From Azolla caroliniana (Eukaryota > Plantae > Polypodiophyta), in the NCBI GenBank assembly GCA_043228905.1, contig JBHGNT010000007.1, forward strand, positions 1,054,001-1,118,000: a stretch of DNA of 64,000 nucleotides. Direction: 5' to 3'. Shown in pieces: positions 35,438 to 48,208 of this stretch. Position 1 is the stretch's first letter, and every line of letters starts with the position of its first letter. The notes beneath the pieces were generated by a model, which did no database searches, was not told where the DNA came from, and saw only the letters and a list, made by a program, of their open reading frames with translations. The position numbers were made by a program, and so were the translations under genes.

Positions 35438-35703
35438 TGTAATAAGCATGAAAATAAGGAAATAGATAAGGGAATAAAGAAAATAGAGAGAGAAAGAAAG
35501 GTGCCACTCCACCCAGCCTCATATTTATAGCTAAAGCCAAGGCCTCCAAGCAAGTTCACTCTAAGGGTTGTCCCAATCCCCTACTATCTAAAAGTAATCC
35601 GCCCTTCTTTACATTCTCCATCAATACGCATACTCTTATCCCCACATAAGCATAAACTATAATCAAAATGATCACGATATAAGTTATAGTTATGCCCGTA
35701 ACA
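35438..35703. repeat. Decayed solo-LTR-like repeat related to 45130-45572
   Basis: Shared blocks tatttatagc...gcaagttcact...aaaagtaatcc.cccttcttta...atgcccgtaaca; left boundary approximate. Confidence 0.55.
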
Positions 35704-36074
35704 TGTAAGCAATAATTGACAATCTCAATCTTCACACTATAGACTGTTATATAATAAAGTTTATCTTATTTTGTACAATGCACTCTATATAGTGTTCATA
35801 TACATATGTCCACATGCGATTCTTCCATGCTTGATGTGTTAAGCTAAGTAAGAAACCGTGGGAGAATAGGCAAACTTAGAATCGTACATATCTTTTTCAG
35901 CGTTTACACTACAGAGAAAGAGCTCCAAACATCTCAATTTCTATACAAAATATACTTCTTACAAAAAAGAGTACCCATATTTGGTGGTTTTAAGGTCCTC
36001 TCTTTCAAAGAAAGCAAGACAAAAAGATCATCATTAATTGATGATGATGATGATTGATTGATGATTCCAAAGGA

Positions 36075-36108
<34 letters not shown>

Positions 36109-36129
36109 AGCATATCATTTTTAGAAGTA

Positions 36130-37211
36130 TATACTAGTAATGGTGGTGGTAGTTGTAGCTATGGATTGGCCAAATTTTGTAGAGACAAATTGAACCCACA
36201 GCATTAGTCTTTGTCAAATGTCATAGGAATTGTCCAATACCTGCCCATACACACAACAAGAATAGGAGTTTTGTTAATAATAGCTATTGACCTTTGTCCT
36301 CATCTAATGGAATAGAATGTTGTTAGGAAGAAAACTAATGAAATGATTTGTATGAATACATACATATACATACATACATATATATATATATATGTAGGTA
36401 CCTTGGATGGAACCAAGGAGACATGTGATGGGGGCTCACAAATAATGATAAGCTCTAGTCTTGCCTCTTCTGAGCAATCCTTTGGAGACGGGTGAGATGA
36501 GGCTATCTGTAGGGCTATTGTACCTACTACCATCAACGCATCAATAAAAGGTTGTCCATCAATTCCATTATAAAGTTCCATGAAAATTGTTTTTTGAAGA
36601 AGTTGTAGGCATCTTCCGGGAATGTGCTTCGACAATTCTCCAAATGCCCTTCAGATAATCTCCAACTAAATTTCCGTTATCACCCCAAATGCCCTTGGAC
36701 ATACACACACCAACCTCCTTCTTCCACCCCAAAAGAGCTAAAGAAAGAGGGGGAGATGACTTGGACCATCGTATGAGTTTCTACATAAACCCCCGAGGGG
36801 CATTTGGGAGAATAACAAAAACTTAGGGGCATTCCGTTGAAAATAGCGAAAAACTCAGTTCATTTCTACCTAAAACATTATAAACACAGAAGACAGTTAG
36901 AAGAGGATATAATCAGCACTAACCTTCCTGCAGGAAATCCTGCTGTGACCTTTGATCTGGTATCACCATGGGTTTCGATCTGAGACGAATTGTTGTTATA
37001 TGAGTCCGATACTAGATTCTTCTGAGCTTTGAAGAGGCTTGCTTACATGATCAGCGGAACTAGGGTTAATAGTGTGATTATTGATCAAGCCAGCACAAGT
37101 GTTCTGCTTCTTGCTTTCCGAGAGAACATGCTTGCGATTAGGAGCGGAGGATTGCTTCATCTCAGATTGATCATCACATCTCTTGGCACTCGTAGTGTTG
37201 TAAGCGGCCAT
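36130..37211 (-). pseudogene. Possible multi-exon gene or gene remnant of unknown product
   Basis: ATG at 37211 downstream of a TATA-like tgtatatag. Donor-like sites aag|gttagt (about 36925) and aag|gtacct (about 36401), acceptor-like cag| (about 36242). The first frame stops at 36996 and no family was recognised. Confidence 0.3.
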
Positions 37212-38750
37212 GATTAAAAAACGCTGAGATGGATTGATGACTAATTAATTAGCTAACGCAGGGATTCTGTTCTTTGCCCCCTCTGGATTTCCTCTGTTTT
37301 CTCTCTTCTATATACATAAAATGTATATATGTATACTATACTCACTCACATATGGCGCCGGGAATATGTATGTGTACAGTTTTTGGCCTACCGGTAACGG
37401 CTACCAACAACATACATACATACATACATGCATGCATGCATGCATGCATACATACATACATCCATAGATGTACTGTTACCTGTATGTATGTATGTTTTAG
37501 GTACACAACTTACTAAACTAGCTACACTACGAGTCACTATGTTACTATGTTACTATGTTACATACATACACTTAAGAGGGGCCACCATGTCACACTCTCT
37601 TTACATACACTTAGTGAAGGCAATGATCTCCTCCGGTGTCTCTTGAAAGATCTACTATTGCCTGACCTATGAGCACGCATAGTTGAAGCAAGCTAAAACC
37701 ATAATCACTTTGTCGCCAAGGGAGTTGTTCGTGTTCTATGCAATGCCTTCTCGTCTCGGAAAAAGCATTGGCCCCCTAGTTCAATTGAATACCTTGTCCT
37801 TTCGGTGTTGGAGCTTGTTGAGAACCTTTCTTGGACATTAATGGCTTCAATTCGAGTTAGAAACGTGTCTTTAAAAACCAATAAATAACCCACAAAATAA
37901 TGTTATCAAGCAAAAAGACAATGTAGATAAATCTATGTTTAGAAATTAGCATTTAAAAGTAGGACGTTATACGATTATTCAAATACTTCATCATGTCTCT
38001 TCAATGCAAATACAATGAGGATCATGGCAATATCCCTTGGTACTCACTAGTACATCGGAATCACAATATACATTAACATCGTGAGGTGCCAATTGGAACC
38101 ATGGCCGACTAATAAAGAAATACATTAGCTCTTAATTTTCAGATGGTTGATCAACATAGTACGATTGCCATAGCAAAAAACCTCACTATGTTTAAAATTT
38201 TGTTAAGATCAAGAACTAATATGAAGAGGATTGATGGTGCCTCTCTATGTGAGGATCAACAAATTGTCCTCAAATCATTAATGTCCTCCCAATGAATGGA
38301 CAACAAAATCGTTGGAGGTGGTGGACTAGTTGATCAAGAATATGACTGTGGTCCATGTTGTTGCGTACTACTTCAATGGTTCCATGCTAATTTCAAGATC
38401 CATCACAAACTCTTTGTAGTACTTTAAACTTTTTCTTGGATACTACCATATGTTATTTATAAGGACATTACACTATGACTTGCAATTGAATTGAATTCAC
38501 AACACAGCATATCTAGTTGATATGTTAAATATCTAGTCCTCAAATTATGTTTTATACCAATACATACATATTAATACCTTATGACTATCTCAAAATACAA
38601 TGATTCAAACATGTGGTATGCACATTATACATTAGTCAAGGATTCTTTAAATGCTAATTTGTATACATCTAAATTCAAGAAATTACAAGAGAAATTTGAC
38701 ATCATACAAGCAAAGTATTATACTATCTTAAATTGGAAAGTTAGATATCA

Positions 38751-38970
38751 AAACACCCTATTAAAACATTATGTTATTAGGCAAGGGCAAAATGTGTTAG
38801 AGTCTAACTAATTAATTAAGCAAAACATAAGGAATTATAGACCAAAGAAATTAAAAACACCCTATTACAACATTATGTTATTAGACAAGGGCAAAATGTG
38901 TTAGAGTCTAACTAATTAATTAAGCAAAACATAAGGAATTATATACGGAATTATAGACCAAAGAAATTAA
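38751..38970. repeat. Tandem duplication of about 104 bp
   Basis: aaacaccctatta...aaggaattatagaccaaagaaattaa occurs twice. Confidence 0.85.
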
Positions 38971-39131
38971 AGATGGATGTCAAACTACCCAACTACACCT
39001 AGTAACAGTGTGAGACGAAACCGAACATCCTCAATGTCCCATATACCTTTGAGGGTTAATGGGAGTCATACGTGCTTACCTAACGTGAGCCATAACTACC
39101 CTCTCATAGCCTCAACATAAGTCAAGCCCCT

Positions 39132-40525
39132 TCTCATAATATCGGAAAGAATTGAACTCATGCCCTTATGATACACAAGTTGAGGCCATACCATTAAGTT
39201 ATTCATTATAACACAAAAAAGTATTATTTTCATTTGTTATTTCGTTACAGGAAATTCATGTATATTCTAGATTACTCTAAAACATTTTAGAAACTTCAAG
39301 AATACTCCTAATAATACTATAAATAGAGCCATATGGCACTATTCAAAACCAATTCGGTTCAACGCTAGTCTTAAGCCTCTACATTATAGAAATCTCTAAG
39401 TTATTCTATAGGAACCTATAAATAAGGGCATACATGTATTCTCAAATCAATTCGAATCAACACCAATCTTTAGCTCTCATTACATATCTTGTATCCATTC
39501 TCTTTCGTTCTCTATCTTAATACACCCATTCTTCTCTTAACATTTCGTTCCTTTCTTCTCGTGTTCCCTTATATCCTTCTTCCATCACTCTATCTTTTAT
39601 TCTTGGTTTTGACAGTTTGATTCGAATTCCCTCCCTCTCTCTCTCTCATCCTCCTCTGTAACCATCACAAAACCATGGCCTCCATTAACTCAAAAGAATA
39701 TCTCACCCTTGTTGTAGAAATGGAGAATCTTAAGTCCAAGTTCGCATCTCTTGAAGTAGAGAATCAACGTCTACTTGGGGATCTACAAAAGGTTACTATA
39801 GAGAAGCAACAACAACAAGAGGAGTTCACGCGACGGGTTCAATAGTTAGGGTCGACAATCGTAGTGTGACAACAACAACAAAGGGTCGAAGGTCAAGGAC
39901 TTATCAAGGAGCCCAAAATCAGCTTCCCAGCTAAATTTGATGGTTCGAGGGTGCATTTCCGAGGTTTCTTGAATCAAGTACGGTTGGTGATTCAAATGCA
40001 TCCCACACGTTATTCGACAAATGCATCACGAGTCGGGTTAGTGGGCACCTTATTGATTGGCATAACATTGTCATGGTCAGCTCCATTCCTAGAGACAAAT
40101 TCTCCTCTATTAAATAATTTTGAGGAATTTATCAAAGAATTTAAGGCTTGTTTCGGAGATACTGATGGGACGAGAACAAATATCAACAAGGTTCGTACAC
40201 TACATCAGTTGATTAGCTAGCTTCAATATATATAGCCAATTTCTGTCTCATTGCAAGCGATATTCCTTGGGATGAAGAAGCCCTAATGGAGCAATTCCGT
40301 TTAGGCCTTCGTAGTGATGTCAAAGACTTACTTCTTACCTTCCCCTAGGATCCAAGGTCACTTACAGAAGCTATTAGTCGAGCGATATGGTGTGATAATC
40401 ACCGTTTTGAGTGTTGATGTGAGCGACAACAACAAATGACAAGGTCAAGATTCACACCAACTTATGCATCAGTAACGACGCAATCATCCCCAAGGCAAAC
40501 ATATAGCCTTGCTCCAACTCCAAGG
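39132..40525 (+). mobile_element. Truncated Tcn1-like gypsy: 5' LTR (about 39132-39614), self-priming PBS, gag pseudogene (39675-40525)
   Basis: gag homologous to 10228-11397 (FRGFLNQVRLVIQMHP...FKACFGDTD) with stops; PBS 39617-39628 complementary to 39449-39460. Confidence 0.9.
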
Positions 40526-40850
40526 TGTCACAACCAAGAGAGAAGATAGAGTGACAGAAGAAAGGTATAAAGAGATCACAAGAAGAGAGGAATGAAATGA
40601 TAAGAGAAGAATGAATGTATTAAAGTAGAATGAGTATGGATACAAGATAGACGATGAGAGCTTAAGATTGGTGTTGATTCGAATTGATTTGAGAGTTCAT
40701 GTATGCCCTTATTTATAGGTTCCCATAGGATAGCCTAGAGATTTCTATAATGTTCTAGAATGTTCTTCACCTAGAATATTGTAAGATGTTCTAGGATATT
40801 CTAGAATGTTCTAGAATGTTCCAGAGTATTTACAATAATCAATGTATTAT
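40526..40850 (-). repeat. LTR of the same family in inverted orientation, truncating the gag
   Basis: 40526-40752 is the approximate reverse complement of 39381-39614; right boundary approximate. Confidence 0.8.
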
Positions 40851-41287
40851 AGGAGTGACTTTTATAGGGGGTCAACCCTATAAAAGCCACCCTCCTTGAG
40901 GTTGTTCACAAACCGTCTCATGCATGGGCGGTTGCGTCTTTTTTTTTTAATATTAAATTATTTATTTATTTATTATAAATTTTTACAAATTCTATTTTGC
41001 AATTGTACATTTGAGAAATTACGAAATCACCCTTATTTACTTTCGAATCCCCCTTTTTGATATAATTACATTTTTGCCGCATGTAGCATTGATCCTTCCG
41101 AAGGCTATATCTTGGGCTTCCGAACTCCGATTCACGAACCTCGACACCCACTTGCCGGACATCGAAAAATGAGTGTTCGAGTCCTCACTCATTGAAAGCA
41201 CCAACGAAAGTAATTTTGAGGCCAACCACACATCGCTTCCAACGGAGCACGCCCACAGTAGTGTCAGCCTTTACCCTTTCAACATCA

Positions 41288-41448
41288 TGACGTTTCTATA
41301 CCCACGTTACAATGGTGAACCCAATGTCGAGGCCCATGTGAGTTCTTTTCTCAACACGTGGAATGCCAACCACATCTCGCAGCGATTACCAGAAGCCGAG
41401 GCCAAGGCGTCCAAAATCACAGAATTTGGGCTCACTCTCGACGGATGT
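41288..41448 (+). pseudogene. Retrotransposon gag-like N-terminal fragment, cut by element Z
   Basis: YPRYNGEPNVEAHVSSFLNTW...FGLTLDG resembles gypsy gag N-termini. Confidence 0.5.
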
Positions 41449-43110
41449 TGTCGTGGCAAAATCCGGCCTTAGGGAGAAATAAGGCCGGACGTGTGGGATC
41501 AGGCGCTTGCACATATATAGACAAACCTAGCCTTTGGGTGTGGACACATGTGGATGACGTAGGATTAATAAACTCTAAGAACTAGGTTTAATAGGTTCCT
41601 TAAGTGTTCGCACGGATTCAGTGGGATAGGAGAATGACGCGAGAAGATCAAGGAGAATCTTGGTCCGAAACGGCGGCTTAACTACTTGATGTAACAACCC
41701 TCTCCCTCCTTGGTCTATAAAAGGAGGTAGAGAGGACTGAATTAGATATAGTGCGTCTAGGGAGAACGAAGTGTTGTTGGACTGGGAACTGAGCGCCCGT
41801 TCTTTGTGTTTTCGACTTGTGTTCTCTTAGGTCGGACACCTCTCCTCGCGTAGGAAGCCTGTGTGCTCCTGACAAAGGCTCCACATTGTAGTTTTGGTGA
41901 TTGGAGTGCGTGCATTGCTCGCCAAGCCCTTGGCGCGGCTCTCGGTTGTGCCGGTTGTAATATCTCTGTCTTCTAATCTATTGTGGGTATCCATTTCTTT
42001 TGTTGTTCATCTAGCGTGTTACTCTGATCCCGGCCGAGCCAGTTGTGCCCTGTGCATCTCGAGGCCCAACGCCCTACACACCCTCCATCTATCTTCTTCT
42101 TCCTCTTAAACTCTTTGGTCCAAGGCCCCCGTGGTCCCGCCTAGCTTCACACACACATATGCATAGTTACGCGACATAATTGGTGAACCCGACGTGAAAC
42201 AAGCGGTAGAGGAGTCTGAAGAATGAGGGGGAGTGAGCTTGCGGTAGCCGTTGACCGGCTAATGAGCGCTCGTGAGGGCACGGGTGCCCTTGATAGGGCC
42301 ATTGAATCGATTGTCGGCACGATAGGCCGGTTTGGTGGAAAGAACGCGACGAGTTATCTTGAGACCTATCGGGCCAAGATGATAATGAGGGACATCTTGG
42401 AGGACATACGACTATCCGGATTCCTTCGGGTGGTTTTGCCGAGCATTCACCGAGAGGTGCTCGAGGTACACACAGGATGCCGAAACTGGGAGGAGTTCGA
42501 GGGACGGCTCCTCGAGAGGTAGGGGTTGGATGACTTGCTTCGGTTGTAGAAGCGGGAGTTTTTGGGATGGATCAAGAGCCCCGGAAAGGAGAGGAATACA
42601 TCCGCGCTCCTCCAGGAGTTCGAAAGGCCATTTGCTCGACTCTCAGTGTTGGACCGGACCGTGCTTGATACAAGCCGGGTCCTACTCTTCATCAAGTCAG
42701 TGGATACACTTGATCGGGATAAGGTGGGTCTCCTGCTGGAGACGGATGAAGGGCTTACGGGTGATTGGGCTATGGTAGAAAGGGTCTGCAGTCGTTTCGA
42801 CAAACGGCATGACTGCAGCGATGAGGGCCCGTCAGCAACAGGTCCGGTGGCGGGGAGGAAGCTTGAAGAACCGGTTCCGACCCGAACGGAAGAGACGTGA
42901 AGGTGGATCCAGTCCGGCATGGCTCTAGAAGAGCTTACTAAGATGGTATGGGACCTCCAGATCGCGCAGGCTTTGAGAGATAGTGGGGGACAGTCACGTG
43001 ACCGGAGGCCTCCGGTCGACCAATGATGCATGTGGTGCGACGCGGTCGGCCATGCCTAAAGGGATTGCGTGGATTTTACGGAGGCACTTAGGAGCAATGC
43101 AGCATGGAGG
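41449..43110 (+). mobile_element. Truncated LTR element Z: LTR 41449-42176, tRNA-Trp PBS 42181-42197, gag pseudogene with zinc knuckle
   Basis: TGTCG...CGACA termini, same PBS as X and Y, CMWCDAVGHA*RDC near 43027-43068. Confidence 0.85.
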
Positions 43111-43114
43111 TTGA

Positions 43115-44870
43115 CGCCCATGTCGGGGCCGACCCCCATGTTAGGGGGCAACCTATCATCTACTTATGGGGGTAGGGACTCCACAGTAGATTGGAGAGCC
43201 CCTAAGGGATTCCCAGCCAGCCAGTCCCGGCCCGCTTCAAATATTTCCTGCGATACAGTTTGGCTCCTAAGCGGTTGCATAGCATGCACCCCTCTAGCCC
43301 AGAGAGATGTCGCCAAACCAGGTGATGGGCTGCCTATTTTACTCTTGCTCGTGCCCGTCTGGATCCACGACTTCACTAATCTGAGGTCACCACCACATTC
43401 ACGTCCCATCTTGAGAGGGGCCTTTGACAACATCTCCTTCGGGGTGGACGGTACCTGTTGTGGTTGCATCTCCATCGGGGTAGAGAACACGAGTTTGGGG
43501 GACAAGGATTCGCAGGGGGACAACGTTGCTGCCAACGGTTCTTGGTCGTCGCCATCCCCTAGCCCTTGGAGCAATGTGAATCTGTTGGATGTTCTCACCT
43601 GTAGGTTGAGCGCCTCCACACTCCCAGAGAGGCTCTTCACCCGTTTCGAGGGTTGGTCGTCTACACTTGTTGGTGACAAGGTAGGAGAACTTCTTTCTAC
43701 AGGACAATCTTGAAAGAGGGGGGGGGAGGCTGCACCTAGGGTTCGAAGTTTCCCCTACTTCTTAACTGGGTGCCAAGGAGCCTCGTTGCCCTTGGGTGGC
43801 ACGACCTTCCCTGAGGTTCGAGGGCTCGAACTTCCCTTTCCGTTCTTAAAGGGACATTCCTTAGCTAGGTGCCCTTTTTGTTTGCAGATGAAACACTGCC
43901 CAGGGAGTCCCTCATATACCACATTCACCATTGTGAGACCTAGCTCCTCAAAGTAGAGCCTAATTCTAGTAGGAAGTCCATGGAGGGAAGGCACGAAGAT
44001 GCGTAGCTTGGACACCTCCGCTACTGTATTTGCTAGGGACATTTTGTGAGGGCAAATCATCCCTATTTGTTCGCAAAAAAAAGGAAGCAGATGACACAAG
44101 TAGGGAGGGAGGCCAGGAAATGTTGCGGTGATCACCCTAGGATTGTTAAGTTTCTGCACCTCCTCAATTGGATTGAACCCTAGTGACCAGGGCTGGAGCA
44201 ACACCTTACCGTACTTCAATTCAAGGACCTTGAGCTCTATCAATGGTTGCGCCAATGCGCCATCCCCCAATTCAATGTGGAAGAAATTTTTCCCCAAACC
44301 CCAAACGGTCTTGATCGGGGGCATGGATTCCATCACAACCACTTGGAGCATGTCCCGAACCATGCCACGACTTCGTCTACCTGCAAGGAACCTACATACA
44401 AAGGATGTACGACGTAGGCGTTCGATTTCCTCCGCTAAGAGTCAATTAGTCTTTGGGGACAGGGTGATGTCAAGATTTGTTCTGTCTTCTTCCTGTAGTA
44501 CAGTGGGTTCTGCTGGAGAGAGGGAGGCCCACTCTTCAAACTGTGGGTTTGGAAGGGGGGGGGGGCACTCCTCGAATCCTCGAACTTAACCCTAAAGCGC
44601 CTCTGCTCAGAGACGGCGGCACGATTTAGTCAGCTCCTACTCATGTAGTGGCCGCGAACTCTTAGTGCGAAGAAAGGTCGTCGTGCTGTTGCACTCTTCC
44701 CCGGAGGTCGCTGCCTCAACTGCTCAGATGTCGGGCTCCGCTGCTTGCTCCTTGTTTCTTTATGTTGCTGTGTTGCCTGCTGCACTCTTCCCCGGAGGCC
44801 CCTATTATCCCATTCCCTCATTTCAATTTTTGTTCTGTTTCGAAATTTGTTGTTGTTGTTGTGTGTGTGT
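43115..44870 (-). mobile_element. LINE 5' portion (ORF1 with zinc knuckle), 3' part missing
   Basis: LELKYGKVLLQPW...NPRVI...YEGLPGQCFICKQKGHLAKEC, homologous to ORF1 at 1226-1699. Confidence 0.85.
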
Positions 44871-45129
44871 GTCTACGTGTTTCTATCTCTGTGTCTATCT
44901 ATCTATCTATCTATCTTTCTCAAACTTTTATATATTTATTTATTGGTCCCTTAGCCATTGTAGTGAACTCAAAAGATACAAGTTAGAACTTATTGCTAAA
45001 GAGCCATGAAAGAATAAAATGTGGACTTATTTCCAAACTATGATACCTCCAAACTAGTAACCCAAATTGTGAACTATAGCCATGCCTCATGACTCAATAT
45101 GTAACTATGCATAGAACATTCTTAAACAT

Positions 45130-45572
45130 TGTTAGAGCTAGATCTTAATGTAACTATATTATTAGAAAATAGAGAGGAGAGAGAGAAAGAAGGGTGTCGA
45201 TCCACCCGACCACCCTCGAACAAAGGGATTGAGACGAACTTGAGCCTTGATCGGTATCCCATACCACTGTTGTGGCATCGAGTCGTACTTGGTACTAGCG
45301 CACTTGCTTAGAAGCGTTTGATCACCACTTAAGCAGAGTCTCGACGTAGTCGAATAATGTGTCAAATGAGGGTAGCTAGGCCTCATATTTATAGCCAGAC
45401 CTAAGCCCCCAATGCAAGTTCACTATTGGCCCTTATGGGTTGCCCTAATTCCTAGGATTAAAAGTAATCCTCCCTTCTTTAGACTCTCGTTTAACCCTCA
45501 CACTTTATCCATGTGTATAGAATGCTACGATACAATCTTACCACGGGATAATTTATGGTCATGCCCGTAACA
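45130..45572. repeat. Solo LTR inserted in or immediately 5' of the DUF247 remnant
   Basis: TGTTA...TAACA termini, near-perfect 5-bp TSD AACAT/AACGT. Confidence 0.75.
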
Positions 45573-45574
45573 AA

Positions 45575-46248
45575 CGTTATACTAGGTTATGTTATGATTT
45601 GGACAAGAATTTTATAAAATTACCAATCGTATGGAGAATGTATTTCCCACCGCTCATGTTATTAGGTAAACGTTTTTCATTCAAGTCCTATGATTGTTTC
45701 CACAACAAATTACATGTCATGAGATGTTTGTAAAGGCCTTGGACAAGTTTGTGAAGGCAACTTATCAATGATCGAGTACAACAATAGAAAACTTTGGCTC
45801 ACTCTTCCACGTCTTTCAGTGTCTCATTATACATAAGATATCTTAATGAACCTCCTAGCACATGAACAAACCTTGAACGAAAGAGGCCACTTTTGTGGAC
45901 ATACCTTATTCATGGACTCGCTAAATTAAAACATAGGAAGATCTCGCAATCTTGACAAAAGCCCATGTCATACAAAATCTCCTCGAAAGCGACCAAAGGT
46001 TGGTTGAAATGTGGAATGACTAATGCATTCAAATTGTGCTTCCAAGAGATGAATGTACTGATTTGACCAAAGATGTAATGCAACACTATAAGAGCCATTG
46101 GCATGTCGTACAGATGGAGTTTTATGCTCTGTTTTTCTCTCAGCCATGGTTATGGATTTCTTTACTTGGTGCAATTCTACTATTGATATTGGCTATATTG
46201 CAAGAGATCTTTTCAATATTAGGTTATACCCAAAATACACTAAATTAA
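45575..46248 (+). pseudogene. DUF247 (UPF0481) family gene, C-terminal half with transmembrane tail; stops and frameshift
   Basis: Manual translation LTLPRLSVSHYT*DILMNLLAHEQ...FCGHTLFMDSL/IKT*EDLAILTKAHVIQNLLESDQRLVEMWND*C...VMQHYKSHW...FFSQPWLWISLLGAILLLILAILQEIFSIL. It follows the DUF247 consensus order (IPxLxI, NLIAFEQ, FMDxLIxTxxDVxLL, NxLGSD, YFxNPW..IS..AA..LLxLTxxQ). Confidence 0.85.
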
Positions 46249-46559
46249 CCTAACCCTAAACATTATAGAAGATAAAATGCTCCAACGTTTCTTTCTTATT
46301 GTATTATTTACGATTTTTTATGTTAGTTTACTTGATTATTTACTTCCATTCATTTGAGATTTTCTCTTTTTATCGTAGTATATGTTCGTATTAACCCGTC
46401 ATGTAACTATAATAGCATGGTTGGAAATGGTGGATGCAATTTGAGGATTTTACTTAAGATAAACACCATTTGTGTAACATGTTCATTAGGTACTTACTAC
46501 TAGGTTTAGGTCTTGTAATTAGGTTTTGTGTAATTAATCGGAGATTGTAATTAGGTAAT

Positions 46560-46740
46560 TAAACCATGAAACGAGGACAGATTGGTTCAGAAATGGAAGG
46601 CATGAAAGTTCATACTTTATACATCTGAGTAAGAGTAGGAGTAGGAGTGGTGGTTGTGTCAACATGATCATTACCATTTAGGATGAAGAACCACTTTGAT
46701 TATTACTAAAGTTTGACATATTACACAAAAAGTCTAATTA
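46560..46740 (-). repeat. Diverged third copy of the secreted-protein gene's 3' flank
   Basis: Reverse-complement similarity to about 35135-35300 (aaaccatgaaacgaggac...tggttcaga.atggaaggcatgaaag...aacatgatcatta...aggatga.gaac..ctttgatta.tactaaa.tttgaca). Confidence 0.8.
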
Positions 46741-46799
46741 AGAAGCACACACAATGAAATGAAATCGTTTTCTTTCTCCATTTTAAGTTCCATTAATTA

Positions 46800-48165
46800 G
46801 AAATATGGGAATGAAAATACAAAAAATCTCTATTGCATTTAGGGTATACCAGTCTTACAAAAAAGATCGACAATGTCAGAGATCCAAAAATTTCTTCACT
46901 GTCATAGTCTAAACCATCAAGTTTGAAACAAATTTGGTTTCGAGTGGAAAACATTTTCACCATGCACCTAGAAGCAAAAGGAAATCAAGATCTGTGGATG
47001 TATGGAGCACGTCTCCTTCCAATTACATCAGAATAAACTACCCTCAATATCTTTTGCTTGTTGTCCTACTTCTACCCTGACCTAGCACTAAGAAGAAAGG
47101 AAGATTTACCTGTATCTGTGTGTGGTTTGTGAGATTGATGCAGCAGAGAACTCTTCCATAGATGAGATCAACGTAGTCTCAAGCTTCCTCCATATCCTGT
47201 CTATTTGTAGCTTTTTTAATTGATCTCTCTCTTCCTCTCTGTTTTTCCTTAATCTCTGTTTTTTTCACTCTTTTTGTTTTTTCTTAAATCTCTGATTTCC
47301 ACTCTCCGCTTTTCTGATTTTCAGCCAAAAGGGTTTTTGTTTCTTTTTGGGTTTTATATTTTTCTTACTCTACCCCTCTCTAGTAGTGGCATATGAACAA
47401 TAAGTGCTCTATTATACATACTTCAAATACATTCAAGTGCACTATCATACTAGAGCCATCCCGATGTCTTAATCTTACTATCTTTCTAAACACAGAAACT
47501 CTGTTAAAGGCATTCTTAGTTTCATACATACTCCCAATTTTCTTCCACAACACATCCGCTTTGGTTTCATCATCAAGGTTCCCTCAAGTTATATTGATTG
47601 AAATATGCGAATGCAAATACAAAAACCCTATTGCATTTAGGGTATACTAGTCTTACAAAAAGATTGACAATGCCACTAGCATCCAAAATGTCTTCACCTT
47701 CAGAGCGGAATCACTACACCATCAAGTTTAAAACAAACTTGGTTTCAAGTTGAAAACATTTTCAGCATATACTTGGAAGCAAAAGGAAATTGACATCTGT
47801 GGATGTTTGAAGCACCATGTCTCCTTCCAATTACATCAGAATAAACCACCCTCGATTTCCTTGGTTTGTTGTCTCGACGTAACACTAAAAAGAAGGTAGA
47901 AAGATTTACATGTCTCTTGTGCCTTTTTTAAAATGATCTCTCTCTCTCTCTCTCTCTCTCTCCCACTCTGTTTCCCCTTAAATATTTGTTTTTCGGATTT
48001 TCAGACAAAAGGGTTTTTGTTTCTTTTTGGTTTTTATTTTTTACTCTACCCTAGGAATGGCTTATGAACAATTAAGTAAAAAAATTAGTTTGTGTAATTG
48101 TTGCACTGCTTTTACTTATTGTTCATATGCCACTACGAGGGGTAGAGTAAGAAAAATAAAAACGA
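46800..48165. repeat. Diverged direct repeats (about 46800-47405 and 47600-48075) plus an inverted copy of their end (48112-48165)
   Basis: Shared ctattgcatttagggtatac.agtcttacaaaaa, ctccttccaattacatcagaataaac, aaaagggtttttgtttctttttgg...ttactctaccc...tggc.tatgaacaat. Confidence 0.75.
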
Positions 48166-48208
48166 AATGCCACGAAAAGAATGTAAAAAATCATATTTAT
48201 GCATAAGC

